Shown here in pieces: positions 24,966 through 33,649 of a DNA stretch of 34,694 bases (its first letter is position 1; each line of letters begins with the position of its first letter). A program made the position numbers and the translations under genes. Under the pieces are notes generated by a model that saw nothing but the letters and a program-made list of their open reading frames with translations, was not told the DNA's origin and ran no database searches. Source of the stretch: Bacteroidota bacterium (lineage in GTDB: Bacteria; Bacteroidota; Bacteroidia; Chitinophagales; BACL12); assembly GCA_031402635.1 (NCBI GenBank), contig JANNSM010000051.1:1-34694 (forward strand), given 5' to 3'.

Positions 24966-25380
24966 GACGCTTTCGTGGGTTTACGGGAAATATACTGTCG
25001 AAGATGCAATTTTAAAATACACCATGATGAAGGTTGAAGGGTGAGCAACCTTATCCCGCTAGGGCCGTGCTCTTCACCATAGCATACCCTTGCTACGAAA
25101 TTAGGTCAATTGAAAACATAACGCCAGTGGTTTACTCATTTTCGCTCAACCTATGACTTATTCTTAGCAAATTTTAACCAATTCTGTTCACTAATAAACG
25201 CACATCCGGCATCAATGTTTATTCCATCAGCGACAAAACGGAAGACGGCGTGTGTTTACATTGGATGAACACCACCATCCGGTACCAGAAAGGATTGTTC
25301 TCCAACACTTAAAAATGCTGGGTATAGACCGCAAACAGTTTCTTGAAGAATATGCAGCGTGCTAAAGCCATCCACATCAA

Positions 25381-25408
25381 AGAAACCCGCCCCACCAGGT
25401 GGGTTTCT
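25381..25408. other. Hairpin/inverted repeat next to the origin
   Basis: AGAAACCCGCC-CCACCA-GGTGGGTTTCT. Confidence 0.5.
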
Positions 25409-25480
25409 TGTTCCAAATTCCAGCCGAATCAAAATTCTTCGCAAATTTTTCTGACAGAGAAGGTTTTTATCCCAAATCCT

Positions 25481-25740
25481 CTGGGACACTGGGACAGCTT
25501 GTAATTTGTTGATTATCAGTAAAGTAATTACCCCTTTCCTGTCCCTGTCCCACTGGGACAGGAAATTCAAACTTCTGGGACAGCCATCTATTTTGGGTTA
25601 TCTCTGGGACAAAAAGACCTTTTCTGGGACACAGGGACAGATTCGGGACAGTTAAAATGTTGATTATCAATGCTCTTATATTCTTTGTCCCACTGTCCCA
25701 ATACTTTTAGTTAAAAGTTAGGATAGAAATAAAAAAAGGG
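25481..25740. repeat. Putative replication origin: GGGACA iteron array
   Basis: 8 forward and 4 inverted GGGACA/TGTCCC copies in 25483-25699, two TTGATTATCA boxes and an AT-rich flank. Confidence 0.75.
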
Positions 25741-25766
25741 AAAGGTATAGAAGAGGGCACTCAAAC

Positions 25767-25797
25767 AAAAAACCCCGGTTTTGGGCCGGGGTTTTTT
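25767..25797. terminator. Terminator (bidirectional form)
   Basis: AAAAAACCCCGGT-TTTG-GGCCGGGGTTTTTT, downstream of 25818-26081. Confidence 0.8.
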
Positions 25798-25817
25798 GAG
25801 CTGAGCTGTGGGACAAC

Positions 25818-26081
25818 TTAAGCGGCATGCATGAGCTTTTTGAGCTCCACAAGCTCTTTGGTAAGCCGTAGCTCGGTCAGTGCATGACGCAAGTCCTGGA
25901 TGCTGTCCAGGTAATCAATGCGCTGCAGCTCGGAGCCCACAGCGCCCGTCACTTGCTCTACGGCAAAACACAGACCTTCCTCCAGTGTTTCAGCCTTCTG
26001 CTCCAGCAGACGCACCATGCGGCCGTAGAGGGCTAGCAATTTCGGATCGGTTTCGGCGGCCATCAGTTCAAAGTCAATCAT
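25818..26081 (-). CDS. Small helical hypothetical protein downstream of the structured RNA
   Basis: 87 aa, ATG immediately after the U-tract of the RNA element. Confidence 0.6.
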   Translation of the reverse strand: MIDFELMAAETDPKLLALYGRMVRLLEQKAETLEEGLCFAVEQVTGAVGSELQRIDYLDSIQDLRHALTELRLTKELVELKKLMHAA

Positions 26082-26085
26082 GGAT

Positions 26086-26215
26086 AAAAAAGAAACGGCT
26101 GCCCGATGACAGGTGTGCTATGGCCGGTAACAGCCACCGCCCCCCTTTCGGGATTGGGCGCACCACATCGGACAGCCAGATCTTGAAATAAAGTTTCACG
26201 TTACCGGTTTTAGCA
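26086..26215 (-). ncRNA. c4/CI-like structured regulatory RNA or leader
   Basis: 12-bp closing stem (26097-26108 with 26166-26177), internal CCC-GAAA-GGG and TGGCT/GGCCA hairpins, U-tract. Loop sequence is complementary to upstream 26200-26215. Confidence 0.6.
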
Positions 26216-26266
26216 TCGCTAAAGTTGAACAATACCCGCCTACTTGTCAAGTATTAAGGTAAAAAT

Positions 26267-26974
26267 TCATTTATAGCCTGCCAAAATCGGAAAGGAGTGT
26301 TGCTTTATATTCCGGTTCAAGCCCGGGTTGTTTTTTCCTCCTGCAGCGTTTTCTAATGACGTAATGCCGGTTCTGTAGCCTGGCCGCTCCAGCTCGCGAT
26401 GAAACACCAGCTCTCCGGTGCGCAGATCCAGCAGCCCCGGCAGGAATAACACACTTTTCGGTTGCCAGCGAGCTCCTGCCGGCTCGCGCGACGAAAACCC
26501 CATCTGCGTCCCGGTCAGCGGATGGCTGGCCATAGCGCCAAACAAAGCGTCATGGCACACGCCTGGCCAGATACCCGGCAGCGTATCTCCTAGAGCATTG
26601 ACCGAGTTACAGCCCAACCGGTAGGTATCAGCATCCGGATTGTAGCGCTTTACCCGGTAGACTACATAAACGCGGACCATGGAATCCACGGCCACCTGTG
26701 GTCCGCCCATGTCCAGAAACAAATTCAACGAAGGCAGTCCTTTTCCTGATACCGGGCCAGCCCATCCGTAAGCCGGCCATCCGTCAGCCAGGATGTCCTG
26801 GTGGCCATAACAAGGAGTTGACGGTTTGACTTTCGCAGCAACTGGCGGACGAGTTTCCGCGCATCGTTTTAGTCCAAACAACAACCCAGCCAGGAGTCCA
26901 TAAACGAGCAGAAATACTCCTGCATTGAACAAGCCGGCTAACCGGTGCCGAACACGCTGGTGGCGTTTTTGCAT
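26267..26974 (-). CDS. Membrane-anchored hypothetical protein (235 aa)
   Basis: Basic N-terminus, one TM, then a G/P-rich soluble domain. Confidence 0.55.
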   Translation of the reverse strand: MQKRHQRVRHRLAGLFNAGVFLLVYGLLAGLLFGLKRCAETRPPVAAKVKPSTPCYGHQDILADGWPAYGWAGPVSGKGLPSLNLFLDMGGPQVAVDSMVRVYVVYRVKRYNPDADTYRLGCNSVNALGDTLPGIWPGVCHDALFGAMASHPLTGTQMGFSSREPAGARWQPKSVLFLPGLLDLRTGELVFHRELERPGYRTGITSLENAAGGKNNPGLNRNIKQHSFPILAGYK

Positions 26975-27183
26975 CTAAAAAAATATAATTCTCGGTTTGC
27001 AAGGTGGCTAAAATTGTGCCACAAAGCATCATTATTGAGCTAAAGTAAGCAGTGATTGAAATATTAACGCCCCTGCACGCCACTGTATTTTCTCAGTCGA
27101 GGGCATTCTTTCTCTGGTATTGCACCCCTGCGGATGATCGAAATAATGGCATTCGCCATTTGATATTTTGGCTTATGTATAAG

Positions 27184-29061
27184 TTAAAATGGAGTGGTGG
27201 GGGTGGCAATATTTTCTGCTGGGATTCCGGCATCACTATCGCTTCCAGCCGAACCGGTAATGGTAATCATATCAACCCGCGTGCTATCCATGGTAGGTCT
27301 CCTGCGATCTCGCTTATCAGCATTTGAGACATGTGCATTGACTTCGTGGCCGCTTACTTGCGCCCATTGAGCCATCCAACTGCGGAGCTTTTTCTGGTTC
27401 ATCCCACCCCGATAATTTTTGGTCTCCTGATTCTGCTGGACGAACTCTTCCAGCAAGCCAACAACAGGCATACCATTTTTGTCTGTGTAACTCTTTAATG
27501 GATATGCTTTGCCAGGTTCCAGGTCTTCGAAAAAATCAATGGCGCTTTCCGGAATGTCGTCGCTCAGCTTTCTGGATTTGTAGCTCTCGACGGGAGCTTC
27601 CACCAGTCCCCAGCGCATGTAACGCTGGATGGCCAAAACACAGACGTTATAAAATCGCATCCACTCCTGATCGTCCCAGTCGTCATAGAGCATCATGCCG
27701 AACTCATGCCAGGGGGTGTGGGCTTTGCAGAAATACTCTGCAAACTCCACGACGTAGATCCGCCGGTCAAACGTGTTGCCGGATCCGCGCAAGGTGTAGT
27801 TGGTATCCATCCACACCTTGGGTGAATCTGCAAACTGCAGCACTACTTCATTCTTGTATAGCTCCCGCACCGTCCATCCTTCCGTGAGGTTGTTTAAAAA
27901 CAAATGCATAGGAAAGTTCTTGTCCAGATCGGGAATCCAGACATGCTCATGCAGCCGGCTCAGGCGAGCAAAGGCAGCAGGAGATTTGATGTCTATGGTT
28001 CTGCCAGGTGCATAAAATTGGTTGCGCACTTTACCAATACTTTGACCAACCAGTCCCTTTCCCGTTCCTCCGTTGGCCTCGAGGCCATCGCGCTGTAAAC
28101 TGCGATCAACACCCAGGACCAATTTTGTTACCCGTGGATCCTTCCACCGGTAGAGGCTGTATCCTAGCGCTGTCAACATGCCAGCAAGCCGTTTACCGGC
28201 CAGGGTGCCACGTATGTCGCTGTCATCCAGGACAAAATGTTTAACGTCCCTTGGCAGATCCATGAGCGCCTTGGCATCGCGGCCATTTACGCACAGATTA
28301 ATAAATCGAAAAAACTGACTCTGCTCCACCTCTTCAATCGGCAGCTGCTTAAAATCATAGTCTAGAATCTGATGTTTCCAAACCAGTCCAGACACCGATT
28401 CATTATTCCTGATCTCAGCAGATTTTTCGCTGATGGTCAGTACACCATTGCGAAAGCACAGGTAACTGCTGGTCGCATCATCCCGGAGGATATCCTTGTC
28501 CAGGTATGGCAAATGCCTTAACGCTGCGTTGCCAAACATGGTAGCGTCCTTACGTACCAGCATCCGAAAGGCCGCCGAATCCCCAACCTCCTGAACATGT
28601 GTTCTTACAAAGTCAGAAAGGGCAAAACAGGCGCGCTGATCGCCAATTTTTTCAATGCTCTTGCCCCGGATCTGAATCAAGTCGTAAAAACCTCCTGAAG
28701 GATCCAGAATGCGCCGAAATCCGGCTTCCTTTAAAAAGTCGTGGTAGCGCCCTTCATCCAGCTCTGCATATTGGCGCCGAGTTTTCTGGTCATACTCCAT
28801 CTGCCAGAATTCTGACGCGGAGTAACGCTTGCTCTTATGGTGGAATGCAATTTGCCTGAGCTGGCCACTTGGCTTGTCGTACTCGTATTCGATGCCCAGA
28901 TAAACAAAACGGTTTTCCTTAAGGTGTTTACCGTCACCGTAGAGCTGAAATACTTCGCTAACAGGCATCGGCGGATCTGTTCTCGCCTCATTGATATCAT
29001 CCAAGAAAATGGGCTGTTCGAGCTGGCCCAATGCCCACTTCTTGTTTATAGGTTCAGGCAT
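27184..29061 (-). CDS. SF3/D5-like replicative helicase (primase-helicase family, no evident primase domain)
   Basis: Y..FRNGVL D5-N-like motif, Walker A NGGTGKG, PKVWMDTNY motif C, DRRIYVVEF arginine finger. Confidence 0.8.
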   Translation of the reverse strand: MPEPINKKWALGQLEQPIFLDDINEARTDPPMPVSEVFQLYGDGKHLKENRFVYLGIEYEYDKPSGQLRQIAFHHKSKRYSASEFWQMEYDQKTRRQYAELDEGRYHDFLKEAGFRRILDPSGGFYDLIQIRGKSIEKIGDQRACFALSDFVRTHVQEVGDSAAFRMLVRKDATMFGNAALRHLPYLDKDILRDDATSSYLCFRNGVLTISEKSAEIRNNESVSGLVWKHQILDYDFKQLPIEEVEQSQFFRFINLCVNGRDAKALMDLPRDVKHFVLDDSDIRGTLAGKRLAGMLTALGYSLYRWKDPRVTKLVLGVDRSLQRDGLEANGGTGKGLVGQSIGKVRNQFYAPGRTIDIKSPAAFARLSRLHEHVWIPDLDKNFPMHLFLNNLTEGWTVRELYKNEVVLQFADSPKVWMDTNYTLRGSGNTFDRRIYVVEFAEYFCKAHTPWHEFGMMLYDDWDDQEWMRFYNVCVLAIQRYMRWGLVEAPVESYKSRKLSDDIPESAIDFFEDLEPGKAYPLKSYTDKNGMPVVGLLEEFVQQNQETKNYRGGMNQKKLRSWMAQWAQVSGHEVNAHVSNADKRDRRRPTMDSTRVDMITITGSAGSDSDAGIPAENIATPTTPF

Positions 29062-29522
29062 TTATGGACACTTTTTATAAAGCCATCTGTCATTTCATTG
29101 CTGATTTGCAGACATACCAGTGACAGCATGCCACGCTGGGTTGCCGGCAAAAATTGGGAACCAAGCGCCTGAGCGGATGCACGGGAAAATTCAGTGGCGA
29201 AATGGGCACGTGAATACGATCGAATGCGCTTGTTTAGGACATTAAAGGCAGAATCACCGTCAGGGGGATGGATCCGACATGTCTCCACCAGATTAACCGC
29301 CAGGGGATGAACAGGATTCGATAACTGCGCTGGCTCCCCGGTATTCTGGTTGTCCTGTTCAATCTGATAATTAAAAAAGTCTATCAGTACAGAAAGCTGC
29401 TCCTTTTGAAGCCGTCCGAATTCTTGATTGTGGTCGGGCCTCGAGCAGTAGCGCTCCAGGCTCTTGGCCATGTCCAAAAGCGCATTTCTGGCTGCACTGG
29501 CTAAGCGCTCCTGATCGGCCAT
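29046..29522 (-). CDS. Hypothetical protein (158 aa), early operon
   Basis: Likely start MADQE at 29522 (TGATG overlap). Confidence 0.6.
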   Translation of the reverse strand: MADQERLASAARNALLDMAKSLERYCSRPDHNQEFGRLQKEQLSVLIDFFNYQIEQDNQNTGEPAQLSNPVHPLAVNLVETCRIHPPDGDSAFNVLNKRIRSYSRAHFATEFSRASAQALGSQFLPATQRGMLSLVCLQISNEMTDGFIKSVHKCLNL

Positions 29523-29797
29523 CAGTTCACGGCCAGTAAGCGTGACGAAATGGGCACAAGGCTGTCCAGGGCACCCTTCGGGGCATCTGCCGGCAGAGAA
29601 GCCGTCAGGCTCCACAGAAGCTCCTCATAGAGCTCTAGGGCACCGATGTACCGAATGTTGCCAACCCGCTTCCGATGCTCCCGGTTACGAACGTGAGCCA
29701 TGGCTACGGTCAGTTCAATAAGCCTCCGGTAGCGCATAAAGGTGAGCGCACGGAGCTCCTGAATCTGGTCAACCCTTAGCGGCAATCTTCTTTCCAC
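29522..29797 (-). CDS. Hypothetical protein, early operon
   Basis: Fills the space between the Cro-like gene and the next ORF. Start uncertain. Confidence 0.55.
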   Translation of the reverse strand: MERRLPLRVDQIQELRALTFMRYRRLIELTVAMAHVRNREHRKRVGNIRYIGALELYEELLWSLTASLPADAPKGALDSLVPISSRLLAVN

Positions 29798-30065
29798 GGC
29801 TTGGGCTTTTGGGTTTGCGGATCAGCTCTTCCATGGTGCAGCCAAAAACCTTCGCTGCTGCAGCCAGGTATTCACCTTTCATGGCATTGCGACCATCGCT
29901 GAAAGTCGTCCGCATGAGTCTGTTCAGGGTGTGTTGACCAATGCCCATTTCCTTCATCAGCGCCGTTTTTGTGGCGCTGAAATCCTTCATTGGAACGGAC
30001 TGGAGTCGCTCGTAAAGAGCATACTTAAGTTGACTGGCATCGGGAATACGTTGCTTGTTGGTCAT
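29769..30065 (-). CDS. Cro-like XRE HTH protein
   Basis: LMKEMGIGQHTLNRL...AAKVFGCTMEELI XRE pattern, divergent from the repressor. Confidence 0.75.
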   Translation of the reverse strand: MTNKQRIPDASQLKYALYERLQSVPMKDFSATKTALMKEMGIGQHTLNRLMRTTFSDGRNAMKGEYLAAAAKVFGCTMEELIRKPKSPSRGKKIAAKG

Positions 30066-30091
30066 TTTGGTATCATTTTAGTGTTGTTATA

Positions 30092-30126
30092 GAGCAGATT
30101 AATGCACGACCTGTGCAGTGCTGCTC
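30092..30126. promoter_or_regulatory. Inverted repeat in the CI/Cro intergenic region (operator candidate)
   Basis: GAGCAG...TGCAC-GACCT-GTGCA...CTGCTC. Confidence 0.45.
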
Positions 30127-30152
30127 AATTTTGTAGCAATAATAGTGTAATT

Positions 30153-30569
30153 ATGACAGCCAAGCAACGGAGATTGAAAATACACCACGGAAAGCGTCTG
30201 GAGCAACTCCTAAAGGCAATGGATATTTCCGTATCGGAATTGCACCGAAAAACCAACGTAACCCGCAACACCATTGTGGCCAAACTCAAGGCCGAAGAGA
30301 TAGAGGATAAATACATCCTTGCGTTCTCAGAAGCACTTGGTATTGATCCCACCTATTTTGCAGGTTCCGAAAGCCCGGATTCTTATGCAGCCGTTTCTCT
30401 GACCATTGCAAAAGAGAAAATTGCCCTCCTGCACAAGGAAATTGAAGACCTGAAAGCGCAGAACGTGTTACTGAGCAATCAGTTATCCATCAACGCCAGG
30501 TTCATAGAAGAATTAGAAAGGCAACTGCTTGACTACGTCAAAAGCGCGTCATTAGGTATCGAAAAATAG
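30153..30569 (+). CDS. CI-like XRE HTH repressor with C-terminal coiled coil
   Basis: Start MTAKQ at 30153. G.RL..LL....SVSEL......RNTI...ALGIDPTYF pattern, leucine-heptad tail, no S24 peptidase domain. Confidence 0.8.
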   Translation: MTAKQRRLKIHHGKRLEQLLKAMDISVSELHRKTNVTRNTIVAKLKAEEIEDKYILAFSEALGIDPTYFAGSESPDSYAAVSLTIAKEKIALLHKEIEDLKAQNVLLSNQLSINARFIEELERQLLDYVKSASLGIEK

Positions 30570-30620
30570 GCTAAAACTATCCGGTAACTACTTGATTATC
30601 AATTAATATTGATTGAAAAT

Positions 30621-30634
30621 CAAATTAGTATTTT
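30621..30634 (+). repeat. attR core (CAAATTAGTATTTT)
   Basis: Exact copy of 7110-7123, 19 nt before the GH1 ATG. Confidence 0.85.
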
Positions 30635-30653
30635 ACCGGTTCAGGCAAACGGT

Positions 30654-31835
30654 ATGGATCTTCAATTTCCTAAAGGTTTTATCTGGGGAACGTCAACGGC
30701 GGCCGCTCAAATTGAAAGCGCCTTTGACCATCAATGGAAGGGCATTCAGTGCCGGACGGGGGAGTATTTTGAGCAAACCACCGATCACGAAAAACGGAGA
30801 GAGGAAGACCTGGAGATCATCTGCTCCCTTGGGCAGGCTTACCGCATGAGCCTTGACTGGTCCCGGCTGCAACGCGCTGCCTACGCAGATTTTAATCCGG
30901 AAGTGGTGCAGGAATACATCGAGTTTCTGCAAGCGCTAAAATCCCGGAACATGCATGTGATGATGGTGCTTCACCATTTTGCGGAACCGCTATGGTTTGC
31001 CCATGAAGGAGGCTTTTCCAATCGTTCCGCAATTCCGGTTTTTGTTGACTTCTGCCGTAAAATGGTTGATGCTTTCGGGGCCTATGTTGACAGTTGGAAC
31101 ACGTTCAACGAGCCCGGGGGTTATATGATGATGGGCTATTTTTTGGGAATCTTTCCCCCGTATAAAAAGAATTTTTTAACGGTACTGAAGGTGCTCCGCA
31201 ATATGAGCAAGGCCCACAACCAGGTTTACGATGTCCTGAAAGAAGCCTACCCGGAAAAGCCGGTGGGAATTTCAAAACACACCATGCTCTATCAGCGCGA
31301 AGGGCTGCTGGGCTGGTTTACCGAGCAATTTAGCAACCGGTTTTATCTCGGTTATATCACCGACCAATTTCACAAAAAGGCGGATTTTCTTGGAATGAGT
31401 TACTATGGGCGCGTGCCGCTCAAACCGATGCCGGTTTCAGAAATAGACACACCTGGCCTGTTGTCCAGGCGCGGGGTCCGGCATGATGATATGTGGGAGT
31501 ACCATCCGGAAGGCATTGCCACCATCATTCGGCGATACCACAAACGATACGGACTGCCAATCTGGATAACAGAAAACGGATTGTGTACAGACGATGATAA
31601 TTTTCGCATAGAAAGCATCCGGGATTATCTGAAAGCGATACACGGTTGTATTCTGCAAGGAATAGACATCAAGGCCTATTTTCATTGGACTGCCTGGGAC
31701 AATTTTGAGTGGTTTTTGGGACCGACTTATCGCTTCGGCCTTTACCACACTGACTTCAAGACTATGGAGAGAACCCCCAAAGGTTCAGCCGCCTATTTTG
31801 CGGAAATAGCCCGCAACAATTTGGTGCAGGTTTGA
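30654..31835 (+). CDS. Glycoside hydrolase family 1 (beta-glucosidase/galactosidase)
   Basis: FPKGFIWGTSTAAAQIE signature, TFNEP acid/base, ITENG nucleophile, DNFEW. Start MDLQFP at 30654. Confidence 0.93.
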   Translation: MDLQFPKGFIWGTSTAAAQIESAFDHQWKGIQCRTGEYFEQTTDHEKRREEDLEIICSLGQAYRMSLDWSRLQRAAYADFNPEVVQEYIEFLQALKSRNMHVMMVLHHFAEPLWFAHEGGFSNRSAIPVFVDFCRKMVDAFGAYVDSWNTFNEPGGYMMMGYFLGIFPPYKKNFLTVLKVLRNMSKAHNQVYDVLKEAYPEKPVGISKHTMLYQREGLLGWFTEQFSNRFYLGYITDQFHKKADFLGMSYYGRVPLKPMPVSEIDTPGLLSRRGVRHDDMWEYHPEGIATIIRRYHKRYGLPIWITENGLCTDDDNFRIESIRDYLKAIHGCILQGIDIKAYFHWTAWDNFEWFLGPTYRFGLYHTDFKTMERTPKGSAAYFAEIARNNLVQV

Positions 31836-32090
31836 TGCGAATGATGTACACCTGCTAAATGCATTGCAGGCACAAAAAAAATTCTCGCCTTTTATGGCCT
31901 GGCAGGCAACCCCTCCGTTGTTTTTCCGGTATTGACTACAAATACCGGAAGCCGGCTTGACGCTCTCCCATCGACAAGTCCATTCCCAACTTCCGGTATC
32001 CGCCGTTGTCTCCCATGTTTTATTTGGCTTTCAGTATATATACATAATTCCACCTCGAAGGCTGCGCCTTAAAACTTATCCATCCGCTTA

Positions 32091-32137
32091 CGTGCCGCGT
32101 TCCTGCCATTGATGCCGGATCGCGGCACGGGCTTTTT
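32091..32137 (+). terminator. Hairpin, probable terminator between convergent genes
   Basis: CGTGCCGCG...CGCGGCACG stem followed by GGCTTTTT. Confidence 0.45.
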
Positions 32138-32196
32138 AAGGCCGTAAAGAAAAAGAGTTGGAGAACTTCCTGCCGGTTGTGGAACTCACAAAAGAA

Positions 32197-33393
32197 TCAC
32201 ACCAGTTCAAAAACCGTTATTTCCGGACGCATACCGACCCTGCCGGGATAGAATGTATATCCGAAACCCCGGTTAACATAGAGATATTGCTGGGCCTGCT
32301 TGTACAAACCGGCCCATTCCCTGTAAAAATATTGTCCCGGGCTCCAGCGCCAGTTTCCAATTTCAAGACCAAATTGAAATCCGTGTGTATGGCCGGCAAA
32401 CATGGCATTGATGTCATGATAATCTGGCAAAACCTGAGCTTTCCAATGGCTTGGATCGTGGGAGAGTAGCAAACGCAGATCGGCCTTCCCGGTGCCCCGG
32501 TGGGCGCTCTTCAGATCGCCATACTTGGGAAAACGTCCGAACGCGCTCCAATTCTCAATCCCGATTACGGCCAGGGTTGCTTTACCGATTCGCAACAACT
32601 CGTGCTCGTTCATCAGCAACCGCCAGCCTAGCCGACGGTGCATATCCATCAGGTCTTCAAAATTCCTGACCTTTTGGTCGGGATGCTTCCAGGCCACATA
32701 ATCGCCATAATCGTGATTCCCCGTGATGGAAAAGACGCCGTGTGGAGCTTGTAGCCGGCTCAAAATCGGGAGGTAGGGCTCTGCCTCCGAAGCAACCATG
32801 TTGACCAGATCTCCGGTGAAGAAGATAACGTCCGGGGTCAGTGCGTTGATCTGATCTATCGCCTTGGAGACGCGGTCCGGGCGGGTGAGGCTTCCTGTAT
32901 GCAGGTCTGAAATCTGCACAATACGGAGCCCCTGCAAGTCGGGATGCAGATTGTCAAACGCTAAGGGAACTTGCCTGAATTCATAGCGATACGCATTTCT
33001 AAACATACCATACATCAAAAGGAAAAATGGCACGCCGCCCGTGACGATGCCAGACATACTCACCCCTGGCGCCCTCATGACATGTTCCCAGCCGGCGATT
33101 AGCAACACTGCCCGGAAGAGATCTTCCAGAACCAGAAAGATGATCAGGATGAACTTTCCGAGAAATGCACTGAGGAAAACAGGGGGGAAATAGAGCATTA
33201 GCGCTTTGGGCCAACGATGCCGGTCAATGATCATGCTTGCGAAAATTCCACCAACTACAAGGGCTGTGAAACCCCAGTACAATGCCATAATCACCGGGAA
33301 AACAGCTAAACCGGCTAGCGCTGTTTTCAAACCCTGAAATGCATAAGCATCAACGGCTAAGAGCAGCACAACCAGTGTTATTCTTGGAAGCAT
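32197..33393 (-). CDS. Membrane-anchored metallophosphoesterase (YkuE/YaeI-like)
   Basis: N-terminal TMs, then SDLH, TGDLVN, GNHDYG, SHDP and GHTHG motifs. Confidence 0.92.
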   Translation of the reverse strand: MLPRITLVVLLLAVDAYAFQGLKTALAGLAVFPVIMALYWGFTALVVGGIFASMIIDRHRWPKALMLYFPPVFLSAFLGKFILIIFLVLEDLFRAVLLIAGWEHVMRAPGVSMSGIVTGGVPFFLLMYGMFRNAYRYEFRQVPLAFDNLHPDLQGLRIVQISDLHTGSLTRPDRVSKAIDQINALTPDVIFFTGDLVNMVASEAEPYLPILSRLQAPHGVFSITGNHDYGDYVAWKHPDQKVRNFEDLMDMHRRLGWRLLMNEHELLRIGKATLAVIGIENWSAFGRFPKYGDLKSAHRGTGKADLRLLLSHDPSHWKAQVLPDYHDINAMFAGHTHGFQFGLEIGNWRWSPGQYFYREWAGLYKQAQQYLYVNRGFGYTFYPGRVGMRPEITVFELV

Positions 33394-33649
33394 GACCAGG
33401 GTTAACAGAAAAGGTCCGACTTGTGTTTAGCCGCCCTGAAGAGGACAACCGCCGGTGAACCGTTGCCAAAGCCAATGAGAATTGTGTTTTGGCGGGAAAA
33501 TAGATTCTCACGCCCGATGGTCCGGCGGCGGAAAATTACTTCCGCCCGGCATTCATCGCAAGCAGCTTGGTATATTTGAACGATTTGTCTTTGCGAAAGA
33601 CCTAATAAAGGGTGCTTTTAGGAAAGGCTCCTTCAAACAATTCCCTGCG

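Larger units (their letters stand above)
7110..30634. mobile_element. Integrated tailless (probably membrane-containing) provirus, ~23.5 kb
   Basis: Flanked by the 14-bp direct repeat CAAATTAGTATTTT. Integrase at the left end and repressor at the right end. Helicase, origin, FtsK/HerA ATPase, muramidase and many small TM proteins lie inside. Host sugar genes resume on both sides. Confidence 0.85.

Noticed and set aside
25256-25670. ORFs 25256-25570 and 25467-25670
   Set aside because: They are translations of the iteron array and have no protein-like features.
30609-30653. N-terminal extension of the GH1 ORF
   Set aside because: It crosses attR. The family signature starts right after the ATG at 30654.
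31924-31999. TTCCGGTATT/AATACCGGAA inverted repeat with a third partial copy
   Set aside because: Host intergenic hairpin between convergent genes. Not enough evidence to call an ncRNA or mobile repeat.
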